Position numbers and translations under genes: made by a program. The notes beneath the pieces were generated by a model. It was given only the letters and a program-made list of their open reading frames with translations, ran no database searches and had not been told where the DNA came from. A DNA stretch of 64,000 bases from Pseudomonadota bacterium. GTDB taxonomy: Bacteria > Oederibacteriota > Muellerivitia > Muellerivitales > Muellerivitaceae. Of this stretch, positions 26,296 to 34,969 are shown piece by piece. The number at the start of each line of letters is the position of its first letter. Within the stretch, counting starts at the first letter, position 1. The DNA is taken from assembly GCA_021324075.1 (NCBI GenBank), contig JAJPJW010000040.1, positions 2,255-66,254 of the forward strand, given 5' to 3'.

Positions 26296-26589
26296 TCCGC
26301 CATAAAGGGTGGCATCCGGAAGGGTGCCGCCCTTTATGGTTTAGAAATAGGGGATTTGAACCCAGGGGGTTCGGCACTGCCGGAGGCAGTGAGACAAAAG
26401 TTTCAATTGAGAATAAAACTATTTAAACGCCTCTTTTGTCTTGAGTTCTCTCTCCGCCATAATGATTTAGAAATAGGGGGTTTGAACCCCCAAGGTTCGC
26501 CGCTGCCAAAGGCAGCGGGTCGAAAGTCACCTTTAAGAATAAGTCCCAATAAAGATGTTTCTTTCGGCCTGATCCTCTCTCTGTGCCAT
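26296..26589. repeat. Nested att-like scars and two tandem units of about 100 bp with tRNA-T-arm-like hairpins
   Basis: TCCGCCATA at 26296, TCTCTCTCCGCCATA at 26447 and ATCCTCTCTCTGTGCCAT at 26572. The units share TTTAGAAATAGGGG(A/G)TTTGAACCC..GGTTCG and a 7-bp hairpin (26375-26391 and 26501-26517). Confidence 0.7.
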
Positions 26590-26618
26590 TGGGATTTTCG
26601 ATTGGGGGTCGGTTTCTG

Positions 26619-27041
26619 ATGAACGTAAAAGAACAAATCAAAAATTATATTAACAGCCTGCCTGAGCCAAAACACAGTGACATGCAGGCGTTGCACCGCG
26701 TTATTCTGCAAGTAATACCGGGATGTAAATTATGGTTCTTGGATGGTAAAAACAGTGAAAATAAAACCGTATTCAATCCAAACATAGGATACGGATTTCA
26801 AACCATAAAATATGCCGATGGAAAAATCCGGGAGTTTTACCGGATTGGCATGAGCGCAAACACCACCGGGATCTCCGTCTATATCCTCGGCATCAAGGAT
26901 AAAAAATACTTGGCCAAAACATACGGAAAAAAACTAGGCAAGGCGGGCGTGACCGGCTATTGCGTCAAGTTCAAATCTCTAAAAGATATCAATATCGATG
27001 TGATGAAAGCGGCGATACGATATGGTGCTGACCTCAAATGA
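26619..27041 (+). CDS. DUF1801 (YdhG-like) domain protein
   Basis: MNVKEQIKNYINSLPEP..ALHRVILQVIPG pattern typical of DUF1801. AT-rich codon usage. Confidence 0.7.
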   Translation: MNVKEQIKNYINSLPEPKHSDMQALHRVILQVIPGCKLWFLDGKNSENKTVFNPNIGYGFQTIKYADGKIREFYRIGMSANTTGISVYILGIKDKKYLAKTYGKKLGKAGVTGYCVKFKSLKDINIDVMKAAIRYGADLK

Positions 27042-27568
27042 AAAATGGACGGAGAACCATCAACATGACCCACCTACTTCGTAAACCCGGCCGGATAGGG
27101 TCTTTCACCGCACCGATTCTCGCGGGTTTGATCGGGGTCTGGATTTTTTCCGGGCAAAGCCGGCTCATGGCCGGACCATCCGATCCCAACCCGAAAACCC
27201 AGCCGCAAGCGGCCTTAACCGAGTTTTACCGTTGGTATCTCGAGTCCCTCGCTCACCACCGCGACCCCTTGAGCGACGAACCTGTGAAGACAGGCCAATA
27301 TGTTTCGAAGAAACTAATCCAGCAAATCCATAAACTCGAGAATAGTCCTGATGGGTTGGATGAAGATTATTTTACGAAGTCACAGGACATTCTTGAGGAT
27401 TGGCAAGCCCATATCGTTGTTTCTGAAGTTCAAATGAAAGACAAATCCGCCTCCGCCCTTGTCACTCTCGGGGTGACGAAGGATTCGATGCACCGTTTGA
27501 AGTTGAACCTCGTCCTGGAAGGCGCTTCCTGGAAGATTTCCAAAGTCCGCGAGTCGGTTGCCCCCTAA
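27038..27568 (+). CDS. Secreted/anchored hypothetical protein, DUF3828-like (tentative)
   Basis: Hydrophobic N-terminus, then LTEFYRWYLESL and DYFTKSQD motifs reminiscent of DUF3828. ATGA overlap with the previous gene. Confidence 0.55.
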   Translation: MKNGRRTINMTHLLRKPGRIGSFTAPILAGLIGVWIFSGQSRLMAGPSDPNPKTQPQAALTEFYRWYLESLAHHRDPLSDEPVKTGQYVSKKLIQQIHKLENSPDGLDEDYFTKSQDILEDWQAHIVVSEVQMKDKSASALVTLGVTKDSMHRLKLNLVLEGASWKISKVRESVAP

Positions 27569-27633
27569 GCGCGCCGGCGCCCTTTGACTTTCTCCAAAAA
27601 GCCCAATTTCCCGATTTTTTTCAGGCCTTTCCC

Positions 27634-27660
27634 TGTCACATCCTCCCTCTCCCATCCGTC
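27634..27660 (+). promoter_or_regulatory. ECF41-type promoter, TGTCACA-N16-CGTC
   Basis: TGTCACA at 27634-27640, exactly 16 nt, then CGTC at 27657-27660. It lies 51 nt upstream of the sigma-factor ATG. Confidence 0.6.
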
Positions 27661-27710
27661 ATTGAGATGTAAGGACAAAAAAGGTTAAGGTGACAGGGAA
27701 AGGACGACCC

Positions 27711-28607
27711 ATGGCGGACAACGATTGGCTGGCGGATAAGTTCCAGGAAAACCGCCCTCATTTGCGGGCGGTGGCCTACCGGATCCTCGGCTCCAACGGG
27801 GAAGCGGACGACGCCGTGCAGGAGGCCTGGCTACGCCTGTCGCGTTCGGACACCGGGAGAATCGAAAACCTGGGCGGATGGCTGACCACCGTTGTGGCCC
27901 GGGTCTGCCTGGATATGCTTCGCTCGCGCAAAACCCGGAAGGAAGAATCGCTCCAGGAGAACATCCTGGAGATGCCGGATAAATCCCATGCCCTCAATCC
28001 TGCGGAGGAGGCCCTGCTGGCCGATTCGGTGGGTTCGGCCCTCCTGGTCGTCCTGCGCACCCTGACTCCCGCCGAACGCATCGCCTTTGTGCTGCACGAC
28101 TTGTTCAGCCTGCCCTTCGAGGAAATCGCCCCCATCGTGGGCCGGTCCGAGCCGGCGGTGAGGCAGCTGGCCAGCCGGGCTCGGCGGCGGGTTCAAGGGG
28201 GCGGGGAAAACCGGGAGGACGAAGGTAAAAAACGGGAGGTTGTCTCGGCCTTCCTCACCGCCTCCCGTGAGGGCCATTTCGACGCCCTGCTGCAGTTGCT
28301 CGATCCGAAGATCCGCCTTTACGCCGACGACACCACCGTGAAAATGACCGCAGCCAACCAGGGCAAGGGCGCACCGCCCTTTCAAAGCGAGATGCAGGAC
28401 AATCGGGCGATCGCCGAAGCCTTCAAGGGCCGGGCCGTGGGCGCCCAATTGGCGCTCATCAACGGCTCGGTGGGAACCACCTGGATCGGCGGGGGGAAAC
28501 CCCGGCTGGCCTTCCTGTTCTCCATTGAAAACGGGAAGATCACCGAGATTAACGTGGTCATGGATCCGGAAGATTTGGAGGCCATGCGGATCGAGCCTTT
28601 AGCATAA
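27711..28607 (+). CDS. ECF sigma factor, ECF41/SigJ-like, with a C-terminal SnoaL/NTF2-like extension
   Basis: Sigma-2 region RPHLRAVAYRILGSNGEADDAVQEAWLRL, sigma-4 region TPAERIAFVLHDLFSLPFEEIAPIVGRSEPAVRQLASRARRRV, then an extension of about 125 aa. Confidence 0.9.
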   Translation: MADNDWLADKFQENRPHLRAVAYRILGSNGEADDAVQEAWLRLSRSDTGRIENLGGWLTTVVARVCLDMLRSRKTRKEESLQENILEMPDKSHALNPAEEALLADSVGSALLVVLRTLTPAERIAFVLHDLFSLPFEEIAPIVGRSEPAVRQLASRARRRVQGGGENREDEGKKREVVSAFLTASREGHFDALLQLLDPKIRLYADDTTVKMTAANQGKGAPPFQSEMQDNRAIAEAFKGRAVGAQLALINGSVGTTWIGGGKPRLAFLFSIENGKITEINVVMDPEDLEAMRIEPLA

Positions 28608-28650
28608 CTCCCCCTCTGAAAGAGGGGGATGAAGGGGGAGTTAGTTTTTC
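28608..28650 (+). terminator. Hairpin plus T-run after the sigma gene; also copy 2 of the G/C hairpin-GGGGGAG repeat
   Basis: CTCCCCCT..AGGGGGAG outer stem (inner stem TCCCCCTCT/AGAGGGGGA) followed by TTAGTTTTT. Confidence 0.45.
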
Positions 28651-28723
28651 AGGTGTTTTCTACAAAGGCTAATACCCCCTAACCCCCTTTTTCAAAGGGG
28701 GAAAAATCATGAGGAGGTTGGAG

Positions 28724-29083
28724 ATGAACATTCTGTTATGGACGCTGCAAATTCTTTTGGCCTTGTACTACTTGATGGGCGGGGCCTACCAGACGAACGT
28801 CGGGAAACTGCCGCCGGCCTGGTTCAAAATCGTGCCCAAGCCCCTTTGGATCGTCATCGGTTTGCTGCAAGTCCTGCTGGCTTTGGGCCTGGTCTTGCCC
28901 CCCCTGGTGAAGATGATGCCCCAACTCACGCCCATCTCGGCCGTCGGCCTGATCCTCGAAACCTTGGTGGTCCATTTCCTGACCTTCAATAAATTTATGT
29001 TCAAGGCTTTTGTCTGGGTCCTGGTTCCGGCCCTCCTGGCCGCCTTCGTGGCCTATGGGCGTTTCGTGCTGATGCCCTTTTAA
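28724..29083 (+). CDS. DoxX-like family membrane protein
   Basis: Four hydrophobic helices; N-terminus MNILLWTLQILLALYYLMGG. ATG 28724 is preceded by GAGGAGG and is preferred over ATG 28709. Confidence 0.65.
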   Translation: MNILLWTLQILLALYYLMGGAYQTNVGKLPPAWFKIVPKPLWIVIGLLQVLLALGLVLPPLVKMMPQLTPISAVGLILETLVVHFLTFNKFMFKAFVWVLVPALLAAFVAYGRFVLMPF

Positions 29084-29098
29084 CTCTGCACGACGGTC

Positions 29099-29137
29099 AA
29101 AACCCGGGTTTCTAACGAAATCCGGGTTTTATTGTTT
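29099..29137 (+). terminator. Rho-independent terminator
   Basis: AAAACCCGGGTTT..AAATCCGGGTTTT stem followed by ATTGTTT. Confidence 0.6.
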
Positions 29138-29261
29138 AAACACGGATTCAGATATGGACATCCATTGGGCTAAAAAAGGTTTAACAAAATAAACGTTGAC
29201 GCACAAAGACCTTCGTTCTTATAAGAAGTCATCTCTTTCCAAAGCCGATACCGGGGGATAT

Positions 29262-29843
29262 ATGAAAAAGTCGTTGTGGATGATCCTGATCCTCTCTCTC
29301 CTGGCATCCAAAGCCTTCCCCGCGGGTGGGACCTCCTCGGCGGACGTCAACAACCCGGACTACGACTGCCAGTGCGGCCTTTACGGGGGCTTTGAGACGG
29401 GGATACTGGAAACCAGCGACCTTTTCTACTTTCCCCAAAACCTGAAAGTCCAATGGGACAAGGTGCGGTTCGGCGCCGTCATTACCCGTAACAACCGGGT
29501 TCTCAGCGTTCAATGGGACCTGTTGTTTTCCAACCCAACGCTGGACGGGAACAACGATACCTTCTTGAGCCTCAACTCGGAGTTGAAATGGGTCCCCACT
29601 CCGGGAAAAATCGACTTGTACCTGTTCGGGGGCTTTGGGCAGGCATTCGCCCTGGGCCAATTTGGGCAGGACCATTACCGCAATTTCCCGGTCGGGGCGG
29701 GCCTGGAATTTTTCCCCGACCCCCAGAACAAGTTCTTCAGCGGTTTCGTGGAGGCTGAATGCGACATCATCTATAAAGACCCCAACCCGGCCCACGTCTT
29801 GTTCTTCGCGGGGCCCGGGGTAACCTTTCCGCTTTCCCTCTAG
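29262..29843 (+). CDS. Secreted hypothetical protein, beta-rich (possible small outer-membrane barrel)
   Basis: Signal peptide MKKSLWMILILSLLASKAFPA; alternating aromatic/Gly pattern with a C-terminal ..GPGVTFPLSL. Confidence 0.6.
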   Translation: MKKSLWMILILSLLASKAFPAGGTSSADVNNPDYDCQCGLYGGFETGILETSDLFYFPQNLKVQWDKVRFGAVITRNNRVLSVQWDLLFSNPTLDGNNDTFLSLNSELKWVPTPGKIDLYLFGGFGQAFALGQFGQDHYRNFPVGAGLEFFPDPQNKFFSGFVEAECDIIYKDPNPAHVLFFAGPGVTFPLSL

Positions 29844-29855
29844 GCCCGGCGCCCC

Positions 29856-30743
29856 ATGGAAAAAAAATTTTTCCGGCGAGCATGGCTGGCGGGCCTCTTC
29901 CTTCCGGGGGCCTTGATGGCCGCGTCCCTGCCCGGCCCCAACCCGACCCCTTTCCAGGGCGAGATTTTCTACAACATCGTCCATACGTCCTTCGAACCCG
30001 CCATCCACATGCACTACATCATCAAGGGCCGGAAGATCCGCATGGACCTGGTGGAAATCGACGAGAACGACCCCACCCAGACGAAGATCCTGAAGGTCTT
30101 GGAATCCTCCTTCGTCACATTGCCCGATCCCCTGGACAAAACGGACCGGGGGAAAATCCAGGCCGAGGAAAAAGGAAAAAACTTCCTTTTTGAGGAACCC
30201 GCCGCCGCCGAAGGCTTTCAAGCCGCCTCGACACCAAAAGCCTTGGCGGCCTCCAACCGGGAAAAAACCGCCGAGGGCGCGGCCGTGGCCAATTACGAGG
30301 AAACCTATGGTTATTCCATCCAAAAGGAAAAACCCTCCTTGAAAACCCCGCCGGGGGCCAAGACCGCTTCCCTGGAAAAGGACTTCACCGCCGATATCTG
30401 GACCGCCGGTGAACCTCAAACCATTAAAAGGAAAAAGGGCGGGAAGCTTGTCCTCGAATCCGTCCAAGGCCTGAAGGACAGCCCCTTTCCCATGGTTCTC
30501 CATGTCAAAAAGCCCCAGAAAGTGATGAGGATGCCCAACGGCAAACGGATGGGGCACATGCATGATTCCTATTGGATGTATGCGGTGAAGGTCATTCCCC
30601 GGCCCGTTTCGGACGAAGATGTCACACCCGATTTGAAAAGCCCCACGAAGAACCCGGAGCAGCTGCAAGGCCTGCTATCCCAACCCGACCTGTTCAACGA
30701 ACGCTTCAAAACCGCTACTCCAACACCGACCCCCAAACCCTAG
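29856..30743 (+). CDS. Secreted hypothetical protein (295 aa)
   Basis: Signal peptide, normal composition, Thr/Pro tail TATPTPTPKP. It lies 12 nt after the previous gene. Confidence 0.6.
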   Translation: MEKKFFRRAWLAGLFLPGALMAASLPGPNPTPFQGEIFYNIVHTSFEPAIHMHYIIKGRKIRMDLVEIDENDPTQTKILKVLESSFVTLPDPLDKTDRGKIQAEEKGKNFLFEEPAAAEGFQAASTPKALAASNREKTAEGAAVANYEETYGYSIQKEKPSLKTPPGAKTASLEKDFTADIWTAGEPQTIKRKKGGKLVLESVQGLKDSPFPMVLHVKKPQKVMRMPNGKRMGHMHDSYWMYAVKVIPRPVSDEDVTPDLKSPTKNPEQLQGLLSQPDLFNERFKTATPTPTPKP

Positions 30744-30752
30744 GAACCGCCC

Positions 30753-32984
30753 ATGCCCCTTTTATTCCAATCCGAAAAGAGCCGCCGGATTTCTTCCCCA
30801 TTGTTTTCGCTTTTCCTCTATGCCGGCTGTTTCACCGTTTTTCTGCCCGCCGGGGCCCAGACGCCTTCCCCCTCATCCACGGCCACCTTCAGCCCGACTT
30901 CCACCCCGACGTCATCCCCCACGGTGACGCTCACGCCCACCTCCACCCCCAAGGACGCCGTTTGGACCCAGCACAACAACAACCAAAGAACGGGCGTTTT
31001 CGACTGCGAGCCCACCCTGAACCCCACCACCGTCAGCCGCACCGAAAGAAAGCACCCTTTTCACAGGATCGCCCGGTTCCCGGTGAGTGATTCGATCTAC
31101 GCCCAGCCCCTTTATCTTCCGCGGGTGGAAATGGAGGGCCAGGCCCATCCCAAGAACGTGCTTTTTGTCGCCACGACGGACTGCAATGTTTACGCCTTTG
31201 ACGCCGACGCGGACCATGCCGTCACCCTTTGGTGGAAGCACCTCGTCGAGGATGGGGAAAGTCCTACGAGTGGCGGCGATTTCCAATGCCAGGCCTACTC
31301 GGGGGGCATCCAATCCCCCGATTTCATCACGGGCAGCATGGGTTATTTCGATAAAAACATCGGCGGGGACGGCCTGATCGGGATTTTGGGCACCCCGGTC
31401 ATCGACCGCAGTAACGGCATTCTTTACGTCATTGTGCGCACCACCGATAACGGTGGAAACGGCGTCGAAGGGGCCTACCGCCAGAGGCTTTGGGCCCTGG
31501 ATATCCGCCATCAAGGGCAACCGGTCGGTGAACCCTTCTTGATCCCGAAAAAACCAACCCAGCCCGACGACATGGGCGAGTTCCGGGCCATGTGGCAGAA
31601 CCAGAGGGCCGCCCTGGCCTTGTCCCCGGACAAGAACGACCCGTCCCACTGCACGGTTTACGCGGCCTGGGCGGGTGAATGCGACACCGACCTTTACCAC
31701 GGCTGGGTGATGGCCTTCCACTGCGGCAAGGACGGGATTTCCCTGGCGGCGCGGTTCAACGACACCCCGGACAGCGACTTGATGGGCGAAGGCGGGGGAA
31801 TCTGGCAGGCCGGGCAGGGGCCGGCGCTGGACGAACAGGGCAACCTTTACGTCATGACCGGAAACGGGGATTTCAACATCTACCAACCCGGGGGCCGCGA
31901 CTACGGCAACAGCTTCCTTAAGCTTTCACCGGACCTGAAGAAGGTGGATTATTTCACCCCCAGCAACCAGATCCGCCTGGACCAGACCGATTACGACCTG
32001 GGTTCAGCCGGGCCGGTCCTCATCTCCCGGGGCCCCTCCGAGCCGGACCTGCTCCTGGGGGCGGGCAAGGAAGCCAAGTTTTTCCTGCTCAACACCGCCA
32101 ACTTGGGCCAATACGATTGCGCCGGGAATGGCGCGGCCCTCCAAACGGCCTTCGTCACCATCGGGGCGCTCCTGAGCGACTACGGCACCCCGGGGGAAAC
32201 ACCCCAGGAGGGGAATTCCTGCATTACCAACCATATCCACGGCGGATCGGTCTGCTGGGCGACCCTCGGGGAGGAGAAGGGCCAGCCCGTCACGAACCGG
32301 GAAATTTTCGTCATGGCGGAAAACGACGTGGTGCGGGCTTATCAATTGAACAAGGACTGCACCCTTCCCCTGGGAACGCCGACCCCTTATACCCAGCCCG
32401 TCACGGCCGTGGTCCCCCGGTTGTTGTACGGGGAGTCGGGCCAACCGGCGGCCGTCATACCTTCCTTCGCCCCCTTCCAGGTCTTGGGGCAATCCGCCCC
32501 GGCCGCCGACTTCAAAAGAGGGGAAGGCCTGTTCAACGTGGCCCAACCCTCGGAAATGGGGTATACCCCGGAAAATCCGGATGAGCCGTTGATGAAGGAC
32601 AGGATAAGCGTCGGGATGCCCGGTGGAATGTTGTCCCTTTCCTACGACGGCAAGGACCCGAAGAGCGCCATTCTCTGGGTCAGCTACCCGGATGAAGACG
32701 CTTACATCCCCCATGTGGGAGGACGGCCCGACCCCAAGGGGACCCTGGTGGCCTACAAGGCCCTGGAAGAGGAGGGTGACGGGTCCGTGACGGTCTTCGG
32801 TGGATTGCACAAGATGCTCAAGGAAATATGGGCCAGCGATGACGACCCCAAGGATGCGGTCGGGAACTATGCCAAATACGTCCCGCCGACTGTGGCCAAC
32901 GGGCGGGTCTACATAGCCACCTCCAAAAATTCCCCGGCCTCGGGTGGAATCTTGGTTTATGGTTTGGAAAAAACCGCCCGCTGA
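30753..32984 (+). CDS. Secreted PQQ-like beta-propeller repeat protein with a Ser/Thr/Pro linker
   Basis: Signal/anchor, SPSSTATFSPTSTPTSSPTVTLTPTSTP linker, repeated propeller-like blades (VYAFDA.., LYVMTGNGDF, DYDLGSAGPVLI). Confidence 0.7.
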   Translation: MPLLFQSEKSRRISSPLFSLFLYAGCFTVFLPAGAQTPSPSSTATFSPTSTPTSSPTVTLTPTSTPKDAVWTQHNNNQRTGVFDCEPTLNPTTVSRTERKHPFHRIARFPVSDSIYAQPLYLPRVEMEGQAHPKNVLFVATTDCNVYAFDADADHAVTLWWKHLVEDGESPTSGGDFQCQAYSGGIQSPDFITGSMGYFDKNIGGDGLIGILGTPVIDRSNGILYVIVRTTDNGGNGVEGAYRQRLWALDIRHQGQPVGEPFLIPKKPTQPDDMGEFRAMWQNQRAALALSPDKNDPSHCTVYAAWAGECDTDLYHGWVMAFHCGKDGISLAARFNDTPDSDLMGEGGGIWQAGQGPALDEQGNLYVMTGNGDFNIYQPGGRDYGNSFLKLSPDLKKVDYFTPSNQIRLDQTDYDLGSAGPVLISRGPSEPDLLLGAGKEAKFFLLNTANLGQYDCAGNGAALQTAFVTIGALLSDYGTPGETPQEGNSCITNHIHGGSVCWATLGEEKGQPVTNREIFVMAENDVVRAYQLNKDCTLPLGTPTPYTQPVTAVVPRLLYGESGQPAAVIPSFAPFQVLGQSAPAADFKRGEGLFNVAQPSEMGYTPENPDEPLMKDRISVGMPGGMLSLSYDGKDPKSAILWVSYPDEDAYIPHVGGRPDPKGTLVAYKALEEEGDGSVTVFGGLHKMLKEIWASDDDPKDAVGNYAKYVPPTVANGRVYIATSKNSPASGGILVYGLEKTAR

Positions 32985-33018
32985 GGGAGACCTGCTTGCT
33001 GGAGGCGCTCCTCTTACT

Positions 33019-33339
33019 TCATGTTTTTACAGGCTTCGCCCAGGCCAAGCCCGGTTTTGCGGCCAGTTCTTCCGCTGAAGGCTTCCGTGGCTCCAGGGTG
33101 AAAAGGACCAAATCGCCCGGAGCCATCTTCGCTTTTTTCAAAAGGGCTCCTTCCAAAAGCATATAGTGAAAACCGCGCCGGAAGCCGATTTCGCCTTCCA
33201 TCCGGCACTTCTTCACCGTTCCCTTGACGAAAGTCCGGGACTGTTTTCCCCATATCACCGCGGGGTCCAAGGGTACGTGGATGGCGATCAACTGCTTGTG
33301 GCCCTCGAAAATCTTGGCTTCGAATTTCATTTTTTTCAA
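33019..33339 (-). CDS. DUF1905 domain protein
   Basis: MKFEAKI..IHVPLD..VKGTV..PGDLVLFTLEP pattern. Confidence 0.7.
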   Translation of the reverse strand: MKKMKFEAKIFEGHKQLIAIHVPLDPAVIWGKQSRTFVKGTVKKCRMEGEIGFRRGFHYMLLEGALLKKAKMAPGDLVLFTLEPRKPSAEELAAKPGLAWAKPVKT

Positions 33340-33368
33340 AAAAGCCCCCTATTCCCCAAAATAGGTCC

Positions 33369-34064
33369 TTAGCCCAATTGGGTTTTCAAAGCGGGAAGAA
33401 CCAAGGCCCTAAAATAAGTGTTTACTTGTTGGGGAGTGGCTGGATTTTTTTGTCCGTACCACCAGGACAAAACGGCCAGAAAAGCGCCACTGAGATACTG
33501 AACCAGTAAATCCGATGGGATGTCACGGGGTTTTTCGTATTTCTTGAATTCCGTCTTGAATCTCTTGGAAATAAGTTCCTTCAGGCTTTCCTCGGTCAAT
33601 TTCCTCCCGATCCTCCCGCCGCGGGGCCCGAGCAGCACTTTATAAAGCGCCCAGAGCTTGGTCTGGTGGATGTGTTCAAACCATGGAAGGCTGAATCCGA
33701 TAATCTTCTCGGAGGATTTTGAGCCGCTTGAAAGGATGGGGGACCCGGCCTTTTCGAGGAAGGTCTCCAACATCCCCTTTGCCTCGAGCAAAATCTCGTC
33801 CTTGTTTTGGTAGTGGCTGTAAAAAGTTGACCGGCCGATATTCGCCCTATTCAAGATCTCCTTCACCGAGATGGATTGGTAATCCTGCTTTTCATCGATT
33901 AAATCCAATAAGGCATGCCGGATGGTTTTTTTGGTCCTGCCGATTTGCCGGGGCTGGGAATGTAAGTCCTCGAAAAAATGCCGTAGTTGTTCATGGTCCT
34001 TTGCCAAATCGCCTCCCTTTGCTCGGTAATGGACAATTCTCATTTTTTGTCCGGTTCGGGACAT
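33369..34064 (-). CDS. TetR/AcrR family transcriptional regulator
   Basis: HTH region TIRHALLDLIDEKQDYQSISVKEILNRANIGRSTFYSHYQNKDEIL. Confidence 0.9.
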   Translation of the reverse strand: MSRTGQKMRIVHYRAKGGDLAKDHEQLRHFFEDLHSQPRQIGRTKKTIRHALLDLIDEKQDYQSISVKEILNRANIGRSTFYSHYQNKDEILLEAKGMLETFLEKAGSPILSSGSKSSEKIIGFSLPWFEHIHQTKLWALYKVLLGPRGGRIGRKLTEESLKELISKRFKTEFKKYEKPRDIPSDLLVQYLSGAFLAVLSWWYGQKNPATPQQVNTYFRALVLPALKTQLG

Positions 34065-34277
34065 TTATCCATTCCTCGTTCTTCTTCTCCGGTTGAAGGA
34101 GTGTTAAAAAACAATAGCCGGATCATTTTAATGTCGGAAAGGAACCGCGGACATGCATAAAAACCTTACGAAAAAAACTATCCTCTGGCTTTTAACCAGC
34201 CACATCCTGGTCGCGTTGGTCCTGTGGCACTTGAGCGGCCACATGCACCACATGCACTGAACCCGGGGACCTGGCCC

Positions 34278-34919
34278 ATGATGAACCCCCGGTTGTCCAA
34301 GTTGAACTTCGCCGTCCATGTCCTTTTTTCCATCAGTTGGATCGGTGCCGTTGCCGCTTTCCTTGTCCTCAGCATCACCACGCAGGCGGGCTCCAACGTG
34401 GAAATCGTACGCGGTGCTTATCTTTCGATGAACCTGGTTGGCCAATATTTGATCGTTCCCTTGAGCCTTGCCGCGCTGCTGACCGGCCTCCTTCAGTCCC
34501 TGGGAACGGCTTGGGGTTTGTTCAGGTACTACTGGGTGCTGGTGAAATTCATTTTGACGACCATCGCCACTCTTCTTTTACTGTTGCACCAATTTAAGGC
34601 GGTGTCTGTGGTTGCCGATCGGGTCCTGGGATCATCGGCTGGAACATTGCCCAATGTTGGAAAAATAGGAACCCAGCTGGTGGTTGACTCTTCCTTGGGC
34701 ATTGTTGTTCTTGTCATTGTTACGGTTCTGGGGATTTACAAGCCTTGGGGATTGATCCGAAAGGAAGTGAGGCGACAGGCCCAGGGGTCGGAGATTAAAG
34801 CTCCAAGCGACAAACTTCCTTTGGGTCTCAAATTCTTACTCCTGATCCTGGGATTGGCCCTGGCATTCGTGGTGATTTTGCACCTGACGGGCCATTCCCC
34901 CATGATGCACAACCACTGA
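34278..34919 (+). CDS. Integral membrane protein (5-6 helices), divergent from TetR
   Basis: Hydrophobic helices throughout. ATG 34278 is preferred over the GTG at 34224. Confidence 0.6.
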   Translation: MMNPRLSKLNFAVHVLFSISWIGAVAAFLVLSITTQAGSNVEIVRGAYLSMNLVGQYLIVPLSLAALLTGLLQSLGTAWGLFRYYWVLVKFILTTIATLLLLLHQFKAVSVVADRVLGSSAGTLPNVGKIGTQLVVDSSLGIVVLVIVTVLGIYKPWGLIRKEVRRQAQGSEIKAPSDKLPLGLKFLLLILGLALAFVVILHLTGHSPMMHNH

Positions 34920-34969
34920 GAAACTCCGGTAGATGTCCCCTTCAAATCAGAAGGGATCCGGCCGGTTAC

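Larger units (their letters stand above)
23691..26461. mobile_element. AT-rich islet at the tRNA-Ser 3' end carrying an HNH nuclease / DNA methyltransferase pair; no integrase
   Basis: Abrupt drop in GC after 23690. The 15-mer TCTCTCTCCGCCATA at 23678-23692 recurs at 26447-26461, with further degenerate copies at 26296 and 26572. Confidence 0.5.

Noticed and set aside
26350-26530. tRNA-like hairpins considered as genuine minus-strand tRNA genes
   Set aside because: No matching 5' acceptor strand or D-arm could be found. The anticodon-like loops (CCTCCGG, CCTTTGG) lack the conserved U33 and purine-37 layout, and the T-stem is degenerate in copy 1.
28683-28701. Hairpin CCCCCTTT-TTC-AAAGGGGG as an RBS-sequestering thermometer or switch for the DoxX-like gene
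   Set aside because: The better start is ATG 28724 with its own GAGGAGG site downstream of the hairpin, so the hairpin does not cover the functional RBS.
34239-34256. Tandem 9-mer CCACATGCA x2 upstream of the membrane-protein gene as the TetR operator
   Set aside because: It is a direct repeat, not a palindrome, whereas TetR operators are normally dyads. I found no convincing dyad in the 34065-34277 gap, so the question is left unresolved.
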